The position numbers were made by a program, and so were the translations under genes. The notes beneath the pieces were generated by a model. The model was not told the origin of the DNA, made no database searches, and was given only the letters and a program-made list of their open reading frames with translations. Shown in pieces: positions 57,540-64,000 of a stretch of 64,000 nucleotides of DNA. Where the stretch lies: assembly GCA_946554525.1 (NCBI GenBank), contig CAMNSE010000001.1, positions 100,471 through 164,470 of the forward strand, in the 5' to 3' direction. The stretch's first letter is position 1; each line of letters begins with the position of its first letter. This DNA comes from an uncultured Mycoplasma sp. Its GTDB lineage: Bacteria > Bacillota_I > Bacilli_A > RF39 > UBA660.

Positions 57540-58448
57540 ATGGAAAAAAATCTGGAAACAGTAGAACAACCACAAGTTGTTAATAGTCTAAGACTTGTTA
57601 TCAGTCCATTACAGAAAATGGAAGCTATCAAGTTCAATTATGAAGAATTAAAAGGAGGACTTACAGCAAGTTTAGAGAAGTATCAGAATCTTGTATATAC
57701 ACCAGAGAATATCAAAGAAGCTAAAGACGACCGTGCTACTCTTAATGCTCTAAAGAAATCCTTAAATGACGAGAAAATTAAAATCAAAAAGGAGTTTATG
57801 GTTCCTTATGACGACTTTGAGGCTAAGATTAAAGAACTTATCGAGCTTGTAGATAAACCAGCAAGTGAAATCGACAAGCAAGTCAAAGTATTCGAAGAAC
57901 AAGAGAAAGCCAAAAAGCGTGAAGCAATCAAAACTATCTACTCTGAGAATATTGGTGCTTATGCAGAACTTATCTCTTTAGAGAAATTATATGATCCACG
58001 TTGGGAAAATAAAACCTATAAAGAGACAGATATTACAAAGGAGATTCAAGATGTTGTTAAGAAAGCCGATAGCGACCTTAAAGTTATCGTGGATCTAAAG
58101 TCTGAGTTTGAGTTCCAAATTAAAGATACTTACTTCAAAACTCTTGATTTAGGACAAGCTCTTATTGAGAATCAAAGACTAGAAAAACAAAAGGAGCTAC
58201 AAGAACAACTTGCTAAACCACAAACAACAGAAGTTAAAGTTGATCCAGTTAATAGTATTGATGTTGACGCTGCTGACGCTATGAGATATGCAATCGGAGT
58301 TGATACTTCTAACGAAGAATCTACACAGGTAGAATCTACTCCAGAAAAACTTGTGTCAGTTACTTTCAAAGTAGAATGTACTCCAGAGAAGTTAACAGCT
58401 TTAGGAGAATACATGAAAGCTAATGGAATCAAGTATGGGAGGGCTTAA
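57540..58448 (+). CDS. DUF1351-family phage protein
   Basis: IKFNYEELK...Y...AKDDRATLN; lies between YqaJ and RecT. Confidence 0.8.
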   Translation: MEKNLETVEQPQVVNSLRLVISPLQKMEAIKFNYEELKGGLTASLEKYQNLVYTPENIKEAKDDRATLNALKKSLNDEKIKIKKEFMVPYDDFEAKIKELIELVDKPASEIDKQVKVFEEQEKAKKREAIKTIYSENIGAYAELISLEKLYDPRWENKTYKETDITKEIQDVVKKADSDLKVIVDLKSEFEFQIKDTYFKTLDLGQALIENQRLEKQKELQEQLAKPQTTEVKVDPVNSIDVDAADAMRYAIGVDTSNEESTQVESTPEKLVSVTFKVECTPEKLTALGEYMKANGIKYGRA

Positions 58449-58450
58449 TT

Positions 58451-59347
58451 ATGGCAGTAAGTAATAAACTAGCCCCTGCTACTCCTAAGAAGCCAGTAGT
58501 ACCAAAACAGACCTTTACTGACTACATTACACAAGAAAAAATTAAAACTAAAATCAATGACATGGTTGGGGGTAAAAACAGTCAGAGATTTATAACAGCT
58601 ATTGTAAGTGCTGTATCTAGTAACGGAGATCTAGCTACTTGTACTTTCGGAACTATAATCGCCGGAGCATTACTTGGAGAAAGTTTGCAGCTCTCTCCCT
58701 CTCCACAACTAGGACACTATTACTTAGTACCTTATAACGTTAAAAAGAAAGACGCTAACGGGAATGAATACTGGGAGAAAGTCGCTCAGTTCCAACTTGG
58801 TTATAAAGGCTACATTCAATTAGCCGTTAGAAGTAATTTCTACCGTGATATAGACGTTTTAGAGATTAAAGAGGGAGAATATCTTGGACGAGACCAAAAT
58901 ACTGGGAAACACCGTTTTAAGTTTATAAGTGATTGTGAAGAACGTAAGAGCAAAAACACGATTGGTTATTTAGCATACTTTGAGTATCTAAACGGATTTA
59001 CTAAACATATCTACTGGACTAAAAAAGATATGGAAGACCATGCAATAACTTACTCTAAAGCATACAGAGGAGATAAAGAAAAAGGTACATCTTACTCTTT
59101 CTGGACTACTAAGTTTGACGATATGGCATTTAAAACAATGATAAGACAGTTAATATCTCGCTGGGGAATCATGTCTATTGAATTACAAACAGCTATTGAA
59201 CGTGATATGGCGGTTATTGAGGAGAACGAAAGCTACGAATATGTAGATAACGACGAGCCAGTAATCCCTATTACTCCAGCAATAGAAAAACCAGTACAAG
59301 AAAAAGATCCAGCAGACAATGCTGTGGATCAATTCTTTAATCAATAA
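58451..59347 (+). CDS. recT: RecT-family single-strand annealing protein
   Basis: LSPSPQLGHYYLVPY, QLGYKGYIQLA and FDDMAFKT motifs. Confidence 0.9.
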   Translation: MAVSNKLAPATPKKPVVPKQTFTDYITQEKIKTKINDMVGGKNSQRFITAIVSAVSSNGDLATCTFGTIIAGALLGESLQLSPSPQLGHYYLVPYNVKKKDANGNEYWEKVAQFQLGYKGYIQLAVRSNFYRDIDVLEIKEGEYLGRDQNTGKHRFKFISDCEERKSKNTIGYLAYFEYLNGFTKHIYWTKKDMEDHAITYSKAYRGDKEKGTSYSFWTTKFDDMAFKTMIRQLISRWGIMSIELQTAIERDMAVIEENESYEYVDNDEPVIPITPAIEKPVQEKDPADNAVDQFFNQ

Positions 59348-59356
59348 GGAGGAAAT

Positions 59357-59809
59357 ATGAATCGAGTTGAATTAGTTGGACGTCTAACTAGGGATCCTGT
59401 TTTAAGGTACACCCCTAGTAATCGTCCAGTAGCACAGTTTACCTTAGCAGTAAACAGACGCTACGCAAAAGAAACTGACGAAGTAAAAGCTGACTTCTTT
59501 ACTGTCATAGCATGGGGAAAACAAGGAGAAAATTGTAAAACCTATCTATTCCAAGGAAGTCAAGCTGGAGTTACAGGAGAATTAAGAAATAGAAGCTATA
59601 CAGACAGAGACGGAAATACACGTTATATTACTGAGATTTTGGCAGATAGCGTCGAGTTCTTATCTTCTAAAAAACCAGAAAATACTACTCCAAGTAATGA
59701 ACCTATACCACCACAAGAGGAAGATCCTACACCTTATTCTTTCCAAGGAGAACAGAGTTCGCTATATGACGAGGAATATACTCTTAGCGACGACGATTTA
59801 CCGTTCTAA
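59357..59809 (+). CDS. ssb: Phage single-stranded DNA-binding protein
   Basis: MNRVELVGRLTRDP...DDDLPF. Confidence 0.95.
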   Translation: MNRVELVGRLTRDPVLRYTPSNRPVAQFTLAVNRRYAKETDEVKADFFTVIAWGKQGENCKTYLFQGSQAGVTGELRNRSYTDRDGNTRYITEILADSVEFLSSKKPENTTPSNEPIPPQEEDPTPYSFQGEQSSLYDEEYTLSDDDLPF

Positions 59810-60153
59810 TGGTTAAGAGCGACTTTGAAAATTACGCAGAGATAAAAGAAGACTGCGAGTTGTATCGAGATTTAGCAAGAAGATATTTAGCTTTAGACTT
59901 AGCCGATCCTAACTTATGTTTTGATGTTAAGAAAGAAGCATGGGCTCTGGCACAACGCTGGAGCGATATAGCTAGTATGGCTAGTAAAATAGCACGACTA
60001 CACGACGCTTCTAAGACAGACTTTAGAGATTGGGCTTATCAAAGATATAGACAACTTCAATATATGCACGAAGACGCTCGTATGATGTGGAACCGTGCTG
60101 AGGAAGAACTAAAGTTTATTACAAGATTCGAGAAGTACGGAGTTGTAAGTTGA
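59809..60153 (+). CDS. Phage hypothetical helical protein
   Basis: Overlapping ORF in the early operon. Confidence 0.7.
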   Translation: MVKSDFENYAEIKEDCELYRDLARRYLALDLADPNLCFDVKKEAWALAQRWSDIASMASKIARLHDASKTDFRDWAYQRYRQLQYMHEDARMMWNRAEEELKFITRFEKYGVVS

Positions 60154-60506
60154 TTCATACTAGAAAATTAAAATCTAAACGAGCTAAAGCTACCGATATA
60201 ACACAACAAGTAAAACTCGAAGTATGGGAGCGTGATAAAGGGCGTTGCGTATATTGTGGAAATGCCTACAACGTAATGCCTAACGCTCATATCGTACCTC
60301 GAAGTAAAGGTGGTATGGGAATAGTTACTAATGTAGTTACTCTATGTACTAATCTTACAGACAATAAGTGCCACCACTACTACGATAATGGAACTAAAGA
60401 GCAGCGAGAAAAAATTGACGCTAAAATCGTTGCTTACATGAAACGGCACTACGGCGAGGATTGGTGCAAAGAGGATCAGATTTATAAAAAATATGGAGGT
60501 AAATAA
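60150..60506 (+). CDS. HNH endonuclease
   Basis: RDKGRCVYCG, AHIVPRSKGG...NVVTLC...CH. Confidence 0.88.
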   Translation: MIHTRKLKSKRAKATDITQQVKLEVWERDKGRCVYCGNAYNVMPNAHIVPRSKGGMGIVTNVVTLCTNLTDNKCHHYYDNGTKEQREKIDAKIVAYMKRHYGEDWCKEDQIYKKYGGK

Positions 60507-60507
60507 T

Positions 60508-60885
60508 ATGGAAAAAGTACACTACTTAAGCGTTGAAATAAGATCCAACGGAGAAAATGAGATATACTCATGGGATTATGACTTAATGTTAAAAACAGAT
60601 AATTATCTTTGTATCAAAAAAGACGAAAATCTAAGACTTTTAAAGAGAGAAAAAGATAAAAACGATATTGAAAGTTGTATCGAAGATATATGCGTATGGT
60701 TTCAAGATTGGAAGTTTGTTGATTATAAAGCAGTTCATTGTAGTTTATATACAACTGAGGATCCGATTATAGCACTCGGAAAAATGAAAAAGAAAATAGT
60801 CAGATTTATTAAAAAAGAATATTCTTGGCTGTTCGAGGGGGATTTAGAAAAGCGTTTGGAATCCATAAGGATTGATAAAGAATGA
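60508..60885 (+). CDS. Phage hypothetical protein
   Basis: GGAGG RBS before ATG 60508. Confidence 0.65.
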   Translation: MEKVHYLSVEIRSNGENEIYSWDYDLMLKTDNYLCIKKDENLRLLKREKDKNDIESCIEDICVWFQDWKFVDYKAVHCSLYTTEDPIIALGKMKKKIVRFIKKEYSWLFEGDLEKRLESIRIDKE

Positions 60886-61184
60886 ATCCAGAATCAATAG
60901 ACAGAATGAATGAGGCTTTTAGGAAGTTCGGAGAAGCTATGGGAGATGTTGCTAGGTCAATCGTAGATGTGTTTGGCGAGATATTTAGTAACGCATGGGA
61001 ACAAATAAAAGAAATAACTAAAGGCTTAGATAAAAATATATCAAGAAAACGATTCGTTAAGCTCTTAATGAGTCAAGGAATCCAAAGAAATGAAGCTAAT
61101 AAAATAGCGTGGAAAGTACACGCTGAAAAAGGAAAATATACTTTAAAAGATTATGTACTAACGATTAAAAATAAGGAGGAATAA
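60882..61184 (+). CDS. Phage hypothetical protein
   Basis: ATGA overlap; RKRFVKLLMS.GIQRN motif. Confidence 0.7.
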   Translation: MNPESIDRMNEAFRKFGEAMGDVARSIVDVFGEIFSNAWEQIKEITKGLDKNISRKRFVKLLMSQGIQRNEANKIAWKVHAEKGKYTLKDYVLTIKNKEE

Positions 61185-61186
61185 TT

Positions 61187-61405
61187 ATGTTAGAAAAATT
61201 GGCTTTTGAAATAAAAAGCACTAATGCAGAAACAATATGTAATTTATTATCAATACTAAAAGTTTTAGGGGGATCAAATACAGACGAAGTAAAGGAGATA
61301 AACGAAACGTGTATCATGGAAACACTTAATAATGATTTAGAACAATCAAAACTTATTCACGATTTAGTTATCAACCTTTCTAATATGATTCAAGGAGGAA
61401 AATAA
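61187..61405 (+). CDS. Phage hypothetical protein
   Basis: AAGGAGG RBS. Confidence 0.65.
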   Translation: MLEKLAFEIKSTNAETICNLLSILKVLGGSNTDEVKEINETCIMETLNNDLEQSKLIHDLVINLSNMIQGGK

Positions 61406-61406
61406 T

Positions 61407-61586
61407 ATGTCCTCTATTGCTAGAAAGATTAAAAGAAATCAAGAACGAGATACTATGTTAAAACAGTATGGGAAAAAACCTAAGGCGAAATGCCCTAACT
61501 GTGGAAGACTTACTCTATTCCGTTATAAGAATAAACATGGTAAAGAAATTATCTGCGTTCAATGTGGGGAGGTAGTTAACAAATGA
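61407..61586 (+). CDS. Unannotated 59-aa Zn-ribbon protein (…KCPNCGRLTLF…ICVQCGEVVNK)
   Basis: Translated by hand. AGGAGG RBS; fills the gap in the operon; ATGA overlap with the next gene. Confidence 0.75.
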   Translation: MSSIARKIKRNQERDTMLKQYGKKPKAKCPNCGRLTLFRYKNKHGKEIICVQCGEVVNK

Positions 61587-61858
61587 AATGGTTAAGTAAC
61601 TTCCGAGAAAATATGCAGCTTAGAAAAGAGCGTAATACATTCGAGAATAAGTATCATACAGTACAAGATAAATACGTCGCTCTACTCGAGAGTAAGGTAG
61701 ATCAGACAGAAGAATTACAAAAGTATAAGGATCTGTGCATAGAACAAAAGAAACAGATCCGTGAACAGAAAAGTACTATTGCTGACTTAGAATTGAAAGT
61801 CGAAAAACTAGAATCAAAAGGAGGAAAACAAAATGGAAAGACTAAAGAAAATATTTAA
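61583..61858 (+). CDS. Phage coiled-coil protein
   Basis: GGAGG RBS; heptad pattern. Confidence 0.7.
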   Translation: MKWLSNFRENMQLRKERNTFENKYHTVQDKYVALLESKVDQTEELQKYKDLCIEQKKQIREQKSTIADLELKVEKLESKGGKQNGKTKENI

Positions 61859-62129
61859 TCCTATCATAATTGTTATACAAAGTGAGTTATTTAAGTTTTT
61901 CCTTATTGCCGCCTCTTTGATAGTTGCTATTATTGCTGTTAGCTGGGGAGCTCTTATGACAGTTCTAACAGAAGATCTAAAAAATGTAGTTATAACTAAA
62001 GATCAAGAAATCGCCAACCTTGAAAGCAGTAACGAATACTTAAATAGTGAAAACGTTAGGTTAAGACTTATCAACGACGATTTATACAGAATCATAGAGG
62101 ACAACCAAGATTGTGCCTGTCAAGACTGA
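61833..62129 (+). CDS. Phage TM + coiled-coil protein
   Basis: GGAGG RBS; one TM helix. Confidence 0.7.
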   Translation: MERLKKIFNPIIIVIQSELFKFFLIAASLIVAIIAVSWGALMTVLTEDLKNVVITKDQEIANLESSNEYLNSENVRLRLINDDLYRIIEDNQDCACQD

Positions 62130-62697
62130 AAAACAACTTAATATTTTTGGCGATTCAATAGATGTTAAAAAGATTTATGAAGAAGATAAGAAAACTAACA
62201 AGGATCATGTTGCTACTCCACGTTGGGTAGTAGAAAACATATACGACATTATTGATATAAAAAAATATAAGAATATATGGTTCCCTTTTAACAATTATGA
62301 TTCACATTTTAAGCTAAAAGCTGACGAATTGAATCTTAAATACAAGGCTACTCATATATTCGACGATTTAGGGAATGACTTTTTTACAACTTTACCACCT
62401 AAAGACTGTGATTTACTTATTAGTAACCCACCATTTAGCCAACAGAATGAAATTATAAAAAGAACGTTTGAATTGGTTGATATGGGACTGATTAAGTCAT
62501 TCTGTTTACTTCTCCCTCTTTCCACTTTAGAAACTCCAGCACGAGCTGAAATGTGGGAAAAGTATGTTGATAAATTATCTGTTCTTATCTTTAAAAAAAG
62601 AATCCAGTTTCTAGGTTGTACTACTGGATTCAATAAGGCTTGTTGCTGGGTATGTTACAACATAGATTCATTAAAGGAGAAGTTGATATGGATTTAA
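62113..62697 (+). CDS. Phage amino-methyltransferase-like protein (probable DNA adenine methylase)
   Basis: D..ATP.WVV, IWFPF, DFF and SNPPFS motifs. Confidence 0.7.
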   Translation: MPVKTEKQLNIFGDSIDVKKIYEEDKKTNKDHVATPRWVVENIYDIIDIKKYKNIWFPFNNYDSHFKLKADELNLKYKATHIFDDLGNDFFTTLPPKDCDLLISNPPFSQQNEIIKRTFELVDMGLIKSFCLLLPLSTLETPARAEMWEKYVDKLSVLIFKKRIQFLGCTTGFNKACCWVCYNIDSLKEKLIWI

Positions 62698-63203
62698 TGG
62701 AAAAATTACAAAAACTTTCTGAGCTATCTAAACGTGGTATTGGTGGAGAAAAAGAAAATGCAGAACTTCTTTTAAAAAAGCTAATGAAAAAGTACCATAT
62801 TACAGAAGAAGATTTACAACTAAAAATAAAAAATTGGTATAAGTTTCATGTAGATAGTGAATTAGAAAGTAAACTGCTATTTCAAACAGCATATATGGTA
62901 TGCGGACATAAAAACGAAACAGCTTACCGTAAAAAGACTAAGAGAATATATTTTTTAGAGTTAACTGCAGAACAAAAAATTGAGATTGAATATATTTTTT
63001 CTATCTTTAAAGAAGATTTAAGTAAAGAATTAGATTCTTTCTATACTGCTTTTATTTATAAAAACAATATTTTTCCAGAAGATGTACCTAGAAGTGAAAA
63101 CGACAATAGCGATATTTCAGAAATCTTTAAAATACAAGGCTATATGTCTAATATAAAAAAGTCAAATGTAAGAAAAGCGATTGGCTTGTCAGAAAATGAG
63201 TAA
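62688..63203 (+). CDS. DUF2786-like phage protein
   Basis: KLQKL..L..RG.GGEKENA...L.KLM.KY N-terminus; AAGGAG RBS before ATG 62688. Confidence 0.7.
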   Translation: MDLMEKLQKLSELSKRGIGGEKENAELLLKKLMKKYHITEEDLQLKIKNWYKFHVDSELESKLLFQTAYMVCGHKNETAYRKKTKRIYFLELTAEQKIEIEYIFSIFKEDLSKELDSFYTAFIYKNNIFPEDVPRSENDNSDISEIFKIQGYMSNIKKSNVRKAIGLSENE

Positions 63204-63212
63204 GGAGGAAAT

Positions 63213-63548
63213 ATGAAACCAAGGAATTTTCAAGTAGTAGCTGACGAGATAACAAAAATAATCTATGAAGAATGTACTTTCAATAAAGATAAAGTTTACT
63301 CTATCGTACAACAAATTGAGAAAGTCCAAAAAGATAATCGTTATAAAGCTCCAGAGCTTCAATACGAAAGCTGGGACGAGTTATCTAGTATCTTGTCAAA
63401 AAACTTTGTTCCTAGTAATTCTAAGTGGGAAACAAAGTTAATGATTGTATTTAACAATTTACATGGATCCATTGACGATTACTGGGACGACGATAATAAC
63501 GAACTAAGGAGGGTTACAAATGAAAGCAATAAAGACACCAACAACTAA
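63213..63548 (+). CDS. Phage hypothetical protein
   Basis: AAGGAGG RBS. Confidence 0.7.
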   Translation: MKPRNFQVVADEITKIIYEECTFNKDKVYSIVQQIEKVQKDNRYKAPELQYESWDELSSILSKNFVPSNSKWETKLMIVFNNLHGSIDDYWDDDNNELRRVTNESNKDTNN

Positions 63549-63759
63549 TAGAGTTTATGTAGCTGAGGGTTGTAACAATCTACCAACAACAGTACATAAA
63601 ATTGGAGAAGATACCTACACAGAAGCGTGTTTTGAGTTAACACCGCAAGAAATATCACAAATAATAGCAACGAGAAAGATTTACTATTCTGTGTTAGGAA
63701 ATCAAATTATACCCATGATGTTACATACTGAGAGTTATGTTAAGGAGGTAATAGAATGA
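63520..63759 (+). CDS. Phage hypothetical protein
   Basis: AGGAGG RBS; GC..LP...ELTP.EI motif. Confidence 0.7.
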   Translation: MKAIKTPTTNRVYVAEGCNNLPTTVHKIGEDTYTEACFELTPQEISQIIATRKIYYSVLGNQIIPMMLHTESYVKEVIE

Positions 63760-64000
63760 AACAAATAATAAATAATAAAATATATGATACTGAAACAGCT
63801 GAGTTAATTTATGAGTATAGACATAGTTTTTTCATACAAAATATATGGCTTCCTAAGGGTTATGGATTTAAAGAATGGGAAAAAGTTTCTGTATATAAGA
63901 CAAAAAACAATAACTATTTTAAATATTATAAATACATAGAAAACGATTTTAACTATCAAGACAGAGAACGTATAGAGCCAACAACTCTTGAAAATATTAA
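63756..64000 (+). CDS. Phage hypothetical protein, 3' partial (MKQIINNKIYDTETAE…)
   Basis: AAGGAGG RBS; ATGA overlap; open to the window end. Confidence 0.7.
   Translation, partial: MKQIINNKIYDTETAELIYEYRHSFFIQNIWLPKGYGFKEWEKVSVYKTKNNNYFKYYKYIENDFNYQDRERIEPTTLENI

Larger units (their letters stand above)
52116..64000. mobile_element. Prophage, left arm (continues beyond the window)
   Basis: Gene order integrase - membrane protein - ImmA - repressor <> cro - initiator - YqaJ - DUF1351 - RecT - SSB - HNH - methylase; dense overlapping ORFs; visibly more G/C and CG than the host. Confidence 0.95.

Noticed and set aside
6720-62633. Short antisense or overlapping ORFs in the track (e.g. 6720, 14564, 15784, 16408, 18657, 24286, 33387, 35325, 42721, 44151, 55971, 58172, 62352)
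   Set aside because: They are shadows of real genes or of tmRNA, mostly with Ser/Phe/Leu-rich antisense composition and no RBS.

Overview
AT-rich chromosome segment from a low-GC Bacillota (Bacilli) bacterium using the standard code (TGA = stop). Gene content suggests an RF39-like gut lineage, which is inference only. Positions 1-52115 are host backbone: ppaC, trmB, tyrS, pepS, two RNase J paralogs, sufB, tmRNA, trmL, rny, recA, rpsD, ymfF/ymfH, lexA, a U32 protein, rmuC and cdaA/cdaR, interspersed with ORFans. From ~52116 to the window end is the left arm of a prophage: large serine integrase, ImmA/ImmR/Cro switch, initiator, YqaJ-RecT-SSB, HNH and a methylase. Main observations: (1) the prophage has inserted inside a CotJC-type Mn-catalase gene at the metal-binding G-TEExxH motif, the layout of developmentally excised gene-interrupting elements; (2) its ImmA-like protease gene is +1 frameshifted just before HExxH; (3) its integrase has a ~90-aa HTH insert inside the zinc ribbon; (4) near-consensus SigE/SigG/SigK promoters suggest the host sporulates; (5) an unannotated 46-aa membrane protein lies divergent from lexA behind SOS boxes; (6) an ABC1/UbiB kinase is sandwiched between two paralogous micro-membrane proteins; (7) an OOP-like antisense RNA lies ahead of the phage initiator. 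All family calls come from motif recognition by eye; no searches were run.
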